64,000 bases of DNA from Candidatus Moraniibacteriota bacterium (GTDB lineage: Bacteria > Patescibacteriota > Minisyncoccia > Moranbacterales > UBA1568). The notes under the pieces are model-generated. The model was not told the DNA's origin. It saw only the letters and a list, made by a program, of their open reading frames with translations, and did no database searches. The stretch lies in assembly GCA_963743885.1 (NCBI GenBank), contig CAVURJ010000002.1, positions 241,706 through 305,705 of the forward strand, read 5' to 3'. Positions 1 through 10,078 of the stretch are shown here, one piece after another. The number at the start of each line of letters is the position of its first letter. The first letter of the stretch is position 1. The translations under genes were made by a program, and so were the position numbers.

Positions 1-67
1 GATCATTGTCCAGTTGGTATCACTCTCTGTTAGATTTTCTGCAAGCAATAAGACTGATTGGATAAGT

Positions 68-1360
68 ATGGTAAAGCACACGGAAAACATGCAGCCGCTT
101 GCGGATCGGATGCGTCCGAAGACGATTGAGGAATTTTCCGGCCAGGAGAAGGTCTTGGGCGAGGGATCATTTCTCCGGCAGGCGATCGCAGCTGATCGGG
201 TGCCATCGCTCATCTTCTGGGGACCGCCCGGGAGCGGCAAGACGACCCTGGCGCTCCTCATCGCGCGCGAGACGGCGGCGGAATTTCATCAGCTCTCCGC
301 TGTCGGGAGCGGCGTGAAGGAGCTGCGCGCTGTCATTGAGCAAGCGGAGAAGAATAAGGCGGATGGCAAGAAGACTATTCTTTTCATCGATGAGATCCAT
401 CGCTGGAACAAGTCGCAGCAGGATGCGCTCTTGCCGCACGTCGAGCATGGGACGGTGATACTCATCGGCGCGACGACGGAGAATCCGAGTTTCGAGGTGA
501 ATGCCGCGCTCCTGTCGCGCTCGCGCGTCCTGGTGCTTGAGCGGCACAGCGAAGAGGCGCTTATCTCGCTTATGCAGCGGGCCGTAGAGTTTCTCAATCA
601 CCCATCTTCGAATGAAGGTCATTTCAATAACCCCTCACCATCGAAGACTCGGGAGCTCCCCTTGGAAAAGGGGAGCAGGATTGAAATAGATGATGCAGCG
701 ATCGCTTTTATCGCGGCGGTCTCCGGCGGCGATGCCCGGACGGCGCTCAATACACTCGAAGCCTGCGCACTCCATGCGGCGCATATCGATACAGCGGTCG
801 TCGAGAGCGTCGTCAAACGTTCGCATCTTCTCTACGATAAGGATGGCGAATGGCACTATGACATCATCTCGGCGTTCCACAAATCTATGCGCGGCGGCGA
901 TCATGATGCGGCGCTCTACTATCTCGCGCGCATGCTTGAAGCCGGGGAGGATCCGCTCTATGTCGCGCGGCGCTTGGTGCGGTTTGCATCCGAGGATGTC
1001 GGTCTCGCCAATTCATTCGCGTTGCCACAGGCGGTCGCGGCGTTTCAGGCGTGCCAGATGCTCGGGATGCCGGAGTGCGAGGTGCATCTTGCTCAGGCAG
1101 CTGTCTATCTCGCGAAGTCCAAGAAGTCCAATGCGCTCTATACCGGCTACGGCCAGGCCAAGGAGGATGTTCGGAATATGCCGAACGAACCGGTACCGAT
1201 GCATCTTCGCAATGCGCCGACCAAACTCATGAAGGGGCTCGGCTATGGCCAAGGGTACAAGTACACGCCGGACTTCAAGGATGCGAGTGAGGCAGCGCAG
1301 GAATATTTCCCGGAACGGCTCAAAGGAAGGAAATATATAGAGTTCGGCGAGGAGAAATAG
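68..1360 (+). CDS. rarA: Replication-associated recombination protein A (AAA+ ATPase, RarA/MgsA)
   Basis: PLADRMRP N-terminus, Walker A GPPGSGKT, FIDEIHR, GATTENP, HYDIISAFHKSMRG, ASEDVG, VPMHLRNAPT; start codon uncertain (68 or 89). Confidence 0.95.
   Translation: MVKHTENMQPLADRMRPKTIEEFSGQEKVLGEGSFLRQAIAADRVPSLIFWGPPGSGKTTLALLIARETAAEFHQLSAVGSGVKELRAVIEQAEKNKADGKKTILFIDEIHRWNKSQQDALLPHVEHGTVILIGATTENPSFEVNAALLSRSRVLVLERHSEEALISLMQRAVEFLNHPSSNEGHFNNPSPSKTRELPLEKGSRIEIDDAAIAFIAAVSGGDARTALNTLEACALHAAHIDTAVVESVVKRSHLLYDKDGEWHYDIISAFHKSMRGGDHDAALYYLARMLEAGEDPLYVARRLVRFASEDVGLANSFALPQAVAAFQACQMLGMPECEVHLAQAAVYLAKSKKSNALYTGYGQAKEDVRNMPNEPVPMHLRNAPTKLMKGLGYGQGYKYTPDFKDASEAAQEYFPERLKGRKYIEFGEEK
629..675 (+). 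repeat. Palindromic mini-element inserted in frame in rarA
   Basis: aacccctc...ctcccctt-ggaa-aaggggag hairpin; near copy inside queA at 61476-61521. Confidence 0.75.
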
Positions 1361-1365
1361 GTCGC

Positions 1366-1394
1366 TTGACGTATTTGAAAAAACGGTCTATACT
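1366..1394 (+). promoter_or_regulatory. Sigma70-type promoter for ORF 1495
   Basis: TTGACG-17 bp-TATACT. Confidence 0.65.
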
Positions 1395-1494
1395 ATATTT
1401 CTGTAAGGTTTACGGACTTTGCAACGACCTATTCATATGAAAGGCCGTTTTGTTTTTCTAGTAGTAGTTTAACAACGAGAGAGGAGTAAGACCG

Positions 1495-1935
1495 ATGGAA
1501 AGAAATACTGGGTGTGTTTTGCGGAGCGGAACAGAGAAAGAGTTCCGCGAATGGCTGGACATGATGATGCGCCGAGGTGTGTGCGCGTTGAACGACATGA
1601 AAAGCGTCAGCAAGGCGCTTCCGGAAATCTACGGCATGTTGCGCGGCAGTCTGCGGAAGAATTACGGAGATGCGATCGCTGTTCAGATGACGATCAAGGC
1701 TTTGAAAGTCGCCGCCTCTGTCGATGGCAAGATGAATGCCACCAAGTTCTTTTTCGAGGATCTCGAGGAATGCTTGCGGCATGATCGCCCGGGCGTCATA
1801 TCGGCGCGATTGGTCATCCGAGCCGTCATGCGCAGTCGTGGGAGGATATCCTTTCCGCGCTCCCCAAGCGCCATAAGGCATCAGCATTTCAGGCAGGCAT
1901 CTGAGACGGCTTACCCGGCCAGGCTCGCGGCGTAA
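1495..1935 (+). CDS. Hypothetical protein (ORFan cassette)
   Basis: 146-aa ORF with GAGGAG SD, upstream promoter and downstream terminator. Confidence 0.6.
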   Translation: MERNTGCVLRSGTEKEFREWLDMMMRRGVCALNDMKSVSKALPEIYGMLRGSLRKNYGDAIAVQMTIKALKVAASVDGKMNATKFFFEDLEECLRHDRPGVISARLVIRAVMRSRGRISFPRSPSAIRHQHFRQASETAYPARLAA

Positions 1936-1959
1936 CACCGCCGAAAGAGCCAATACATG

Positions 1960-2000
1960 AAACCCGCGAGTCCGAAAGGATTCCCGGGTTTTTTCTTTTT
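1960..2000 (+). terminator. Intrinsic terminator
   Basis: aaacccg-cgagtccgaaaggattcc-cgggttt followed by a T-run. Confidence 0.65.
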
Positions 2001-2049
2001 TCCGGATATGGTACGATACGGAGTCGGTAATATATTGGCGCTTTCTATT

Positions 2050-3444
2050 ATGCAGATCAGGATTTCTAAGGAAACTGTCGCTTATTGGCAGAAGAAGGGC
2101 GCACTCGCGTTCGTTTTTGAGAAGGATGGGAAGGATGGCATGCTCGCGGAGCGCGGTGAGAGAACGACGATGACGATCGCTGTTGATTTGGAAAAAATAA
2201 CGAGGCGCAAGCTCATATTGCTCGCGCGGCGTATCGTACGCGAAGCGATGGCGAAGAAGTACGGAAGCATCGTGATTGATTTCGCGCAGTTCCATTTTCC
2301 GGGGCTCGCGATGGAGGACGAGGATCTGGCTGAACTCATCGCGACTGAGTTCGTCATGGCTGGTTTCGAATTTCGCGATTTCCTCTCGGTACCGAAGGAA
2401 GGGTGGCCGGAAGTAAAGACAATCGTCCTTACTAGTGCCTCTGGCAAAGGTGTTCGCCAGGGCATCGAGCGTGGCATGGTCATTGGCGAAGAGACCAATC
2501 GTGCGCGGCATATCGCGAACATGCCTGGTGGCGAGATGACGCCGGAGATCCTGGCGCAGCATGCGAAGCGGTCAGTGAAGGGCCTGCCAGTGAAATGCAC
2601 GGTGCTCGATGAGACGGCGATGAAGCGTCTCAAGATGGGCGGCGTGCTTGGTGTGGGCAAGGGTTCGGAAGCGAAGTCATGTTTCATCGTGCTTGAGTAT
2701 CGCGGCACATCCGATAAGAAAGCACGACCAGTCGTACTGGTCGGCAAAGGCGTGACGTTCGATACCGGCGGGATCAACCTTAAACCGGAAGGGTCAATTC
2801 TCGGGATGAATATGGATATGTCGGGCGGGGCAGCAGTCATTCATGCAATCGCAGCTGTGGCTCGGCTTGGATTGAAGAAACATATCATCGCGCTCATCCC
2901 GGCAGCGGAGAATATGCCGAGCGGTTCGAGCTATCGCCCAGGTGATGTAATCCGTTCGATGTCCGGCAAGACGATTGAAGTCGCAAATACGGATGCAGAA
3001 GGGCGGATCATCCTCGCTGATGCGCTCCAGTATGCCAAGCGGTATCGTCCGTCGCTCGTCGTTGATGTAGCGACACTCACCGGCGCAGCGCTCGTCGCGC
3101 TTGGCGAGCGAGCAACAGCGCTCTTCACGCAGGATGAGAAGCTTGAGAAATCATTTCGTGAGCTCGGCGAAGAGAGCGGCGACTATGTGTGGCCGCTGCC
3201 GCTCTGGGATGAATATGATGCGGAGATCAAGGGGACAGTCGGTGATGTTGCGAATCTTGGCAAGACGCGCTGGGGCGGTGCGATCACGGCAGCTGCATTC
3301 CTCAAACAGTTCGTCGATCAGGCGTATCCGTGGGTCCATCTCGATATCGCGCCGCGCATGACGGCACTTTCGGACGAGTTCCTCGGCAAGGGTGCAGCTG
3401 GTGCACCGGTGCGTCTTCTCGTGAAGGTATTGGAGAAATTTTAA
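2050..3444 (+). CDS. pepA: Leucyl aminopeptidase (M17)
   Basis: VGKGVTFDTGG, DMSGGAAV, NTDAEGR, DVATLTGA, WVHLDIA motifs; ATG at 2050. Confidence 0.95.
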   Translation: MQIRISKETVAYWQKKGALAFVFEKDGKDGMLAERGERTTMTIAVDLEKITRRKLILLARRIVREAMAKKYGSIVIDFAQFHFPGLAMEDEDLAELIATEFVMAGFEFRDFLSVPKEGWPEVKTIVLTSASGKGVRQGIERGMVIGEETNRARHIANMPGGEMTPEILAQHAKRSVKGLPVKCTVLDETAMKRLKMGGVLGVGKGSEAKSCFIVLEYRGTSDKKARPVVLVGKGVTFDTGGINLKPEGSILGMNMDMSGGAAVIHAIAAVARLGLKKHIIALIPAAENMPSGSSYRPGDVIRSMSGKTIEVANTDAEGRIILADALQYAKRYRPSLVVDVATLTGAALVALGERATALFTQDEKLEKSFRELGEESGDYVWPLPLWDEYDAEIKGTVGDVANLGKTRWGGAITAAAFLKQFVDQAYPWVHLDIAPRMTALSDEFLGKGAAGAPVRLLVKVLEKF

Positions 3445-3486
3445 TATTTTTGTAAGTTAAAATAACATTTTTTTGGTGGAAACATA

Positions 3487-3730
3487 GAAACCCGCCCAGC
3501 GTAAGCAAGTAATTTTTCCGTTAGGCCGCCGAACTCACGAGCCTTTCTGTAAGCGAAGGATTTCCCTCCCTCTCCACGACCAAAGCCTGCCTGCCAGTAG
3601 GCAGGGAAATCCTCCGATCAGAAAGGCTCGCTCAGACAGCAGCGACTCAAACGGAGAAAATTCTTGCTACGTCGGCGGGTTTCTTCCGTGGTATTTTGCA
3701 GGAGCTTCCTTTTGAAGTCTTTCCTGGGCC
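3487..3730 (+). repeat. Nested-hairpin intergenic repeat, module A (copy 1)
   Basis: Reverse complement aligns closely with 10887-11129; internal stems gagcctttctg/cagaaaggctc and ggatttccct/agggaaatcc. Confidence 0.9.
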
Positions 3731-3764
3731 GAGTCTGGGCGCGGGAAGGATTTTACCATCAAGG

Positions 3765-3960
3765 CATTCCTTCTCCGGATTTCTTTTTTCTTCCCCTGGT
3801 TTCCGGCGGTCACATTTCTGATGAGTGAGCCGGTAACGGTCGAGCGTGGCGTTCGGGACTGTTTCAGCCCTCAGAACGAACAGCTCCCCGTTCGGCAGAG
3901 TGAGTCAGGAATGTTCGACGGAAATCATGGAATGAAAAAAGGAAACTGGGGAAGGAATAC
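3765..3960 (+). repeat. Nested-hairpin intergenic repeat, module B (copy 1)
   Basis: Reverse complement aligns with 13118-13351; its ends attccttc/gaaggaat are self-complementary. Confidence 0.9.
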
Positions 3961-4081
3961 CATTAAGAGACCAGTACGGTTAGGCGGGTTTTAAACGCAG
4001 TAAAAAGGAAGCGTGAGTTTACATGAAAAACAGCTTGAAAAGGCTGTTTTTTTGGTGCTGAAATGGTGCATAAGTAGAGTG

Positions 4082-4146
4082 TTGACGAGTGGTGCCTTGG
4101 TGGCGTAAAATGGGGACATGTTATACGAAAGTGGCAGAAAGTGGGG
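4082..4146 (+). promoter_or_regulatory. dcw promoter with MraZ-box repeats
   Basis: TTGACG...TAAAAT overlapped by (G/A)TGG repeats at ~10-bp spacing (4089, 4100, 4110, 4131, 4141), the known MraZ operator pattern. Confidence 0.75.
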
Positions 4147-4161
4147 AAAATAGAAAATACT

Positions 4162-4258
4162 CACGACGAACGACTTACTACTTACGACAGAGTGTTTTGT
4201 AGTGGGTAGAACATAGATTCTTTCTCGTTATCTGTCGTTAGTCGTCAGTTGTTAGTCA
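4162..4258. repeat. Heptamer-period array with inverted second half
   Basis: acgacga acgactt actactt acgacag ... tctcgtt tgtcgtt agtcgtc agttgtt agtc. Confidence 0.7.
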
Positions 4259-4263
4259 AAGAT

Positions 4264-4698
4264 ATGTTCATCGGCGAATACAACCACACGATTGATCCGA
4301 AGAAGCGCCTCGCGCTGCCTTCGAAGTTCCGCGGGGAGCTGGGGAGCAAGGTGATTGTGACGCGCGGACTCGATAGCTGTCTCTTCGTGTATCCGATCAA
4401 GGTATGGGAGGAGCTCGCGTCGAAGCTCGGGACTTTGCCGGTCGGCGAAGCGGGGACGCGCAGCTTCATCCGTGTCATGCTGGCCGGTGCGGCCGATGTG
4501 GAGCTTGATAGTCAGGGCCGCGTGCTCTTGCCTGAATATCTGAAGCATGATGGTGGACTGAAGAAGGACGTGACGGTCGTCGGTCTCTTCAATCGTCTCG
4601 AGATCTGGGATACCGCAAAGTGGAACCGCTACAAGAGCCAGGCGGAGAAGAATACCGGCAAGATTGCGGAAGAGCTCGGCAAGCTGGGCATATATTAG
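4264..4698 (+). CDS. mraZ: Division/cell wall cluster repressor MraZ
   Basis: MFIGEYNHTIDPKKRLALP, DSQGRVLLP, RLEIWD. Confidence 0.96.
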   Translation: MFIGEYNHTIDPKKRLALPSKFRGELGSKVIVTRGLDSCLFVYPIKVWEELASKLGTLPVGEAGTRSFIRVMLAGAADVELDSQGRVLLPEYLKHDGGLKKDVTVVGLFNRLEIWDTAKWNRYKSQAEKNTGKIAEELGKLGIY

Positions 4699-4733
4699 TT
4701 CATAAAGTTATAAAGTTTGTAAAGTTTAAAGTC
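4698..4733. repeat. 8-9 nt periodic array
   Basis: gttcataaa gttataaa gtttgtaaa gtttaaa; related to 33234-33347. Confidence 0.6.
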
Positions 4734-4805
4734 TGGAGTAAAAGGTTGGGGGATTCAAAAATCAAACATCAAAAGTTTCAGGAAGTTTTCATGTTTGAGG
4801 GTTGA

Positions 4806-5816
4806 ATGAACGATATGGATGAAACGAGACATGTTTCCGTACTGCTTAAGGAAGCAGTAGACGGGTTGCACCTTAAGAAAGGGATGGTCGTCGTCGATGC
4901 GACGCTCGGTGGGGGTGGTCATGCGAGAGCGGTGCTCGAGCAGATTCTTCCTGCCCGAAATGCTGCGCATAACGCTGCAGGCGGGCCTGGCGGACGCCTG
5001 ATCGCTATCGATGCTGACGTACAGGCCCTCGAGCGTTTCAGGGAACGCGCTGAGACCGATAGTCTTTTCACGGATGCACTCCGTGATGGGACGCTCGTGC
5101 TCGTGCATGGGAATTATTCCGACCTGGGAGGGGCGCTTGAGGCAGCTGGTGTGACAGCTCTCGATGCGGTACTCGCTGATCTCGGATTTTCTTCCGATCA
5201 GATCGAATCGCCGGAACGTGGTTTCAGCTTCCAGAAGGACGGACCGCTTGATATGCGGCTCGATCAGGGAGGCGAGCTCACGGCAGAGGCTGTAGTGAAC
5301 GGATATGCTTCCGGTGAACTCGAAAGGATATTTCGGACATACGGCGAAGAATCGGAGAGCCGGCGGATTGCTCGGATGATCATCACAGAGAGGGAGAAGC
5401 AGCCGATCAAGACGACCAAGGAACTGGCTGATCTCATCTTGCGCGCGTATCCAGCAGGAAAGCGTCGTGCGATGAAGATCCATCCGGCTACCAAGGTATT
5501 CCAGGCACTCCGTATCGCGGTCAACCGCGAGTATGAGCATCTGGAGATGTTCCTTGAAGAGGCAGTTGAGCGTTTGAATCCAGGGGGAAGACTGGCGGTC
5601 ATCACGTTCCATTCTGGAGAAGACCGTATCGTCAAGCAGTTCTTCCGGGATCAGTCGCTCGGTTGTGTCTGTCCAGCTGGATTTCCGGTCTGCCGCTGCG
5701 GCCATGTCGCGACGGTGTCGGTCATCACGAAACGGCCGATTGTACCGGGCGATTCAGAGACGAGAGAGAATCCTCGGGCACGGAGCGCGAAGCTCCGGAT
5801 CGCCGAGAAGGCCTGA
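4806..5816 (+). CDS. rsmH: 16S rRNA m4C1402 methyltransferase RsmH
   Basis: HVSVLLKE, VDATLGGGGH, DLGFSSDQ, RGFSF, PLDMR, FQALRIAVN, ITFHSGEDR, NPRARSAKLR. Confidence 0.97.
   Translation: MNDMDETRHVSVLLKEAVDGLHLKKGMVVVDATLGGGGHARAVLEQILPARNAAHNAAGGPGGRLIAIDADVQALERFRERAETDSLFTDALRDGTLVLVHGNYSDLGGALEAAGVTALDAVLADLGFSSDQIESPERGFSFQKDGPLDMRLDQGGELTAEAVVNGYASGELERIFRTYGEESESRRIARMIITEREKQPIKTTKELADLILRAYPAGKRRAMKIHPATKVFQALRIAVNREYEHLEMFLEEAVERLNPGGRLAVITFHSGEDRIVKQFFRDQSLGCVCPAGFPVCRCGHVATVSVITKRPIVPGDSETRENPRARSAKLRIAEKA
4950..4985 (+). repeat. 36-bp CCTGCCCGAA...GCGGG palindromic element inserted in frame in rsmH
   Basis: Encodes PARNAAHNAAGG; homologous copies at 13197, 39133, 46069 and 46112. 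Confidence 0.85.
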
Positions 5817-5855
5817 CGGCCGAAAAAAAGATACATATCAAAACACAATCTACTT

Positions 5856-6212
5856 ATGCGGATACAGCGCCGCCAAAACATTTCCTATCAGTCTGCCTGC
5901 TCGTTTCCGAAGCAGCAGGCGCATGGCCCGGCTGGATCGGTGCCGATGCTCGTGCTTGGCGTGCTGGCATTCGCTTTTATGCTCGGCGGCTATCATCTGT
6001 ATTCCGTCAATCGGAGTGCCGTGCAGGGGTATCATATGCGTTCTGCTGAGAAGGATATTGCTGTGCTGAGGCAGGAGAATGCCGATTTGAAGATCGAAGA
6101 AGCTGATCTCCGTTCACTCCGTCGTATCGAGGCGGCCGGCGAAGAGCTCCACATGCAGAAGGCTGCAGAGGAGCGATACCTTGAGGCGCGCGGACCGGTC
6201 GCGATGAGATAA
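5856..6212 (+). CDS. ftsL: FtsL-like cell division protein
   Basis: Single TM plus coiled coil; lies between rsmH and the PBP gene (synteny-based). Confidence 0.65.
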   Translation: MRIQRRQNISYQSACSFPKQQAHGPAGSVPMLVLGVLAFAFMLGGYHLYSVNRSAVQGYHMRSAEKDIAVLRQENADLKIEEADLRSLRRIEAAGEELHMQKAAEERYLEARGPVAMR

Positions 6213-6231
6213 TAGGAAGATCCGGGTTCTA

Positions 6232-6418
6232 AGTAGCTATCTCAAATCTCATGTCTTGAGAAAACATCTGGATTTCGTGATAGAAACCATGAAAAGTGAG
6301 AAGGGCTATCGTGATATCCCGACGAGCTTTGAGGGGTTTCTAGCCGAAATCCAGATGTTTTATCAGACAAGCCCATGGTTTTTCCCTTATGTAGGCGGTG
6401 GGATTTGAGATAGTTACT
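6232..6418 (+). repeat. ~187-bp structured element with terminal inverted repeats (copy 1)
   Basis: TIR agtagctatctcaaatctca / tgggatttgagatagttact; homologous to 22904-23089. Confidence 0.85.
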
Positions 6419-6428
6419 GGAGCGCACT

Positions 6429-8210
6429 ATGGTTGATACGGGACATATACGAACCAAAAGAATCGCAGACAAGAAGAAGCGGCCGTTCGCGGAGAGTGTC
6501 CTTCGCGAACGTTTGCTCGTTTCTGTCATACTGTTTGTCGGAGCCGTCCTGATCGTGCGGCTCTTTTTTGTGCAGGTCCTGTCGCATGAGCGATGGGTGG
6601 CAGTAGCAGAGGATCAGCACAATGCTTTCCAGCCGCTCTCTGCGGAGCGTGGCGGCATATTCATGCATGATACCGACCATCTCTATCCGCTCGCGATTAA
6701 CCGGGAATTCCCGACACTTTTTGTTTCGCCGAAGGATGTTGAGGAGAAGGATCGCGTTGCTCTCGAGCTTTCAGGTATTACTGGTGTCGATGCACAGGAG
6801 ATACGCGAGAAGCTCGGGAAGCCGGATGATCCTTTTGAGATCGTGAAGAAACACCTTTCTGATGATGAGGCGGATCGGGTGCGAGGGCTCGGTCTCCGCG
6901 GTGTGGGGCTCCGTCCGGAGCCGTACCGTTATTATCCTGCTGGCGAGCTTGCTTCGCAGGTGGTAGGGTTTGCGACGGTTGGTCAGGGCGAAGGCGCTGG
7001 TGGCTATGGCATCGAGGCGTCGCAGGAGAGTGTGCTCCGCGGCCAGACCGGGCAGGTGACGCAAGAGAAGGATGCAGCTGGGAGGTGGATACCGCTTTCT
7101 GATCGCCTTGTCGAACCAGCAAAGAACGGGGATGATATTGTGCTGACACTCGACCGCGTCGTCCAGTACGAGGCGGAGAAGATTCTTCGGGAATCCATTG
7201 AGAAATATGCGGCCGATCGTGCGACGGCAATCGTCATGGAGCCTAAGACTGGCAGCATCCTAGCGATGGCATCGGTGCCGGAGTTTGATCCGAATAAATA
7301 TTCGGAGGTTGAAGATTATGCGCTCTTTATGAATCCGGCCGTGAGCGTCTCGTATGAGCCAGGATCGATCATGAAGCCGCTTACGATGGCGATTGGCATC
7401 GAGGAAGGGAAGGTGTCACCGACGACAGAATATGTGGATACCGGCGTCATACACGAAGCTGGCTATGATATACACAATGCAGAGGGGAAATCATACGGTC
7501 GGAGCAACATGTACAAGGTCCTCGACCAGTCGATCAACACCGGCGTGATCTTCGTCGAGCGGCTGGTTGGTAATGCCCGCTTTTCGGAATATGTGAAGCG
7601 TTTCGGTTTTGGTGAGCGGACAGGTGCTGATCTGCCGGCTGAGCTGCCGGGCAATATCCGTAACCTTACTAATCTGAAATCGGACATCCAATTTTTCACG
7701 GCGTCTTTCGGTCAGGGCATCGCGACGACGCCGATGCAGATGGTCAATGCGTATGCAGCGCTTGCTAATGGCGGGACGCTCATGCGGCCGCGCATCATCG
7801 ATCGTATCGTGCACGCTGATGGAAGTGAGGAGGAGATGAGGCCGGAAGCAGTCCGGCGTGTAGTGAGCGAGGAGACAGCAGCAGCGATGGGCACGATGCT
7901 CCGGAGTGTCGTCGTGAATGGCCATGGCAAGCGGGCGGATGTGCCCGGATATCTGGTCGGGGGCAAGACTGGTACGGCGCAGGTGGCGAAGGGCAATGCC
8001 AAGGGGTATGAGGATGGTGTTTCCATCGGTTCGTTCGTCGGTTATGCGCCCATCAATGACCCGAAATTCGTCATATTGGTGAAGCTCGATAATCCGAAGA
8101 ATGTCGAGTGGGCGGAGTCGAGCGCCGCGCCGACATTCGGCGAAATCATGAAATTCCTGCTAGAATACGCGAAGATCAAGCCAACAGAGGAGATAAAAGA
8201 GAAGAAATGA
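6429..8210 (+). CDS. ftsI: Penicillin-binding protein (FtsI/PBP3-like transpeptidase)
   Basis: N-terminal TM, RGGIF, RYYP, YEPGSIMK (SxxK), SIN (SxN), KTGTAQ. Confidence 0.9.
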   Translation: MVDTGHIRTKRIADKKKRPFAESVLRERLLVSVILFVGAVLIVRLFFVQVLSHERWVAVAEDQHNAFQPLSAERGGIFMHDTDHLYPLAINREFPTLFVSPKDVEEKDRVALELSGITGVDAQEIREKLGKPDDPFEIVKKHLSDDEADRVRGLGLRGVGLRPEPYRYYPAGELASQVVGFATVGQGEGAGGYGIEASQESVLRGQTGQVTQEKDAAGRWIPLSDRLVEPAKNGDDIVLTLDRVVQYEAEKILRESIEKYAADRATAIVMEPKTGSILAMASVPEFDPNKYSEVEDYALFMNPAVSVSYEPGSIMKPLTMAIGIEEGKVSPTTEYVDTGVIHEAGYDIHNAEGKSYGRSNMYKVLDQSINTGVIFVERLVGNARFSEYVKRFGFGERTGADLPAELPGNIRNLTNLKSDIQFFTASFGQGIATTPMQMVNAYAALANGGTLMRPRIIDRIVHADGSEEEMRPEAVRRVVSEETAAAMGTMLRSVVVNGHGKRADVPGYLVGGKTGTAQVAKGNAKGYEDGVSIGSFVGYAPINDPKFVILVKLDNPKNVEWAESSAAPTFGEIMKFLLEYAKIKPTEEIKEKK

Positions 8211-9523
8211 TTGTTACTATGAAAAGAAGGATGCTTGAAAAACTGCTCTGTCTGATGGCTCGTGGTGTGCTCTGGAAGTACCATCCGGCCGTAGTCGGCA
8301 TCACTGGTTCGGTGGGCAAGAGCTCGACCAAGGAGGCGATCGCGCTCGTGCTCGCACGCTCGTTTTTTGTGCGCGCGGCTGATGGCAATTATAACAATGA
8401 GATCGGCATTCCGCTTACGATCATCGGCGCGAGAAGCGGCGGTCGCTCGGTTTTCCGTTGGATCGGCATTTTGTGTCGTTGGTTTTTCCTCATGTTCTTT
8501 CCAGCGCGTTATCCAGAGATCCTTGTGCTCGAGATGGGCGTGGATCATCCGGGCGATATGAAGTATCTTCTCGGCTTCATCCCGGTGAAGGTTGGCGTGG
8601 TGACGCAAGTGTCTGGCAGTCATCTGGCGAATTTTGGTTCGATCGCCGGTATCGCGAAGGAGAAAGGTGAGCTGATCGCTGCGTTGCCTGAAGACGGTTT
8701 CGCTATCCTGAACGCTGATGATGCCCGGGTCGCCAAGATGGCCGAGAGGACGAAGGCGAAGGCGGTCACGTACGGTTTCGGTGGTGGTGCCCAGGTGCGC
8801 GCTGATAATATCATCTTTTACAGCGAGGCACGGCGCGTGGAGGGATTTAGCTTCAAGCTCGATTTCGACGGCAAGAGCGTCCCGGTCCGTCTGCCGAAGA
8901 TCGTCGCTCGCCATCATATACCGGCGGCACTTGCTGCGGTCGCGACTGGTCTCACGTTCCGCATGAACCTGGTGGATATTGCATCGGCACTCGAGGCGTT
9001 CGAGCCGCTGCCTGGTCGTCTGCGTCTCTTGCCTGGCCGGAACGACATGACGCTCATAGATGATACATACAATGCTTCGCCGGTCTCGATGCGCGCAGCG
9101 CTCGAAGCGCTCGGTGAGCTTTCTGCTCCTCGCAAGATCGCTGTTTTGGGGGATATGCTCGAGCTCGGTCCGGAAACAGAAAAGGAACATGCAGCGCTCG
9201 CCGATGCCGCAGCTGGGTCGGGAGTATCTCTCGTGGTCCTGGTCGGCCGGCACATGCGTGCGCTCCATGATGCACTTCTTGAGAGTGGGTATGCGCGCAA
9301 ACAATTGCTCTGGATGCCGGATCCGATCGCGGCATCCGAAGCACTGCTCCGGCTTGTCCGTCCCGAGGATCTGATCCTTATCAAGGGATCGCGCGGCATG
9401 CGCATGGAAAAGGTGACGGAGGCGCTCTTCGTCGATCCGGCTGAGGCTCATGATTTCCTTTGCTGCCAGTCTCCAGAGTGGCGGGCGCGGCCGTTCGTTC
9501 CGCCGGCCGAATGGATGGCGTGA
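8207..9523 (+). CDS. murF: UDP-MurNAc-tripeptide:D-Ala-D-Ala ligase
   Basis: VGITGSVGKSSTKE, NYNNEIGIP, LEMG, DDTYNASP, LGDMLELG, IKGSRG; ATGA overlap with ftsI. Confidence 0.93.
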   Translation: MIVTMKRRMLEKLLCLMARGVLWKYHPAVVGITGSVGKSSTKEAIALVLARSFFVRAADGNYNNEIGIPLTIIGARSGGRSVFRWIGILCRWFFLMFFPARYPEILVLEMGVDHPGDMKYLLGFIPVKVGVVTQVSGSHLANFGSIAGIAKEKGELIAALPEDGFAILNADDARVAKMAERTKAKAVTYGFGGGAQVRADNIIFYSEARRVEGFSFKLDFDGKSVPVRLPKIVARHHIPAALAAVATGLTFRMNLVDIASALEAFEPLPGRLRLLPGRNDMTLIDDTYNASPVSMRAALEALGELSAPRKIAVLGDMLELGPETEKEHAALADAAAGSGVSLVVLVGRHMRALHDALLESGYARKQLLWMPDPIAASEALLRLVRPEDLILIKGSRGMRMEKVTEALFVDPAEAHDFLCCQSPEWRARPFVPPAEWMA

Positions 9524-9613
9524 CGTGCTTGCGCCTCGATGGGAAAAGCGGTATCATTTAGGGCGGAGGGGCATGGGCCGCTTCCGAATAAGTCAGCTTA
9601 ATCCGTACGTCTT

Positions 9614-9988
9614 ATGACAGACAATGTAAGGGACCAGGAGTTCATCGAGTACGTCGTGAAGATGCTCGTGGACAATCCTGAGGATGTGAAGGTAGAGCGG
9701 AAGATCGACGAGATGGGAGTACTGATCACGCTCGATGTGAACCAGAAGGATATGGGCATGGTGATTGGCCGCGAGGGCATGACCGCCAAGGCGCTCCGGA
9801 CGCTGCTTCGCGTCATCGGTGCTCGCAACAACGCCCGCGTCAACCTCAAGATCAACGAGCCGGAAGGTTCTGAACGTCCGCCGCGTGCTGAGCGCGCCGA
9901 GCAGCCGCAGCCGCGCATAGAGCACGCTGAGCGCGCTCCAGAAGAGAAGCGCTCGCTTGACGATGTGATGAGTGATATTCAGATCTGA
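9614..9988 (+). CDS. khpA: KH domain RNA-binding protein
   Basis: LVDNPEDV, DMGMVIGREG (GxxG), TAKALRTL. Confidence 0.88.
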   Translation: MTDNVRDQEFIEYVVKMLVDNPEDVKVERKIDEMGVLITLDVNQKDMGMVIGREGMTAKALRTLLRVIGARNNARVNLKINEPEGSERPPRAERAEQPQPRIEHAERAPEEKRSLDDVMSDIQI

Positions 9989-10078
9989 TCTCAGATTTTT
10001 ATGGCCGGTCCTTGTAAGGGGCCGGCTTTGCTTTTGCTTTAGCAATATTTTAGAATGGGGGAGAGCTGATCAATTCTG

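Noticed and set aside
1957-2049. N-terminal extensions given by the ORF track (pepA, rmlB, murF, ftsW, murB, acyl-CoA ligase)
   Set aside because: They translate terminators or repeat arrays; downstream start codons match the family N-termini better.
3487-3960. Possible CRISPR array or known riboswitch in the large intergenic repeats
   Set aside because: No identical direct repeats with unique spacers, no cas genes, and no riboswitch consensus that I can recognise.
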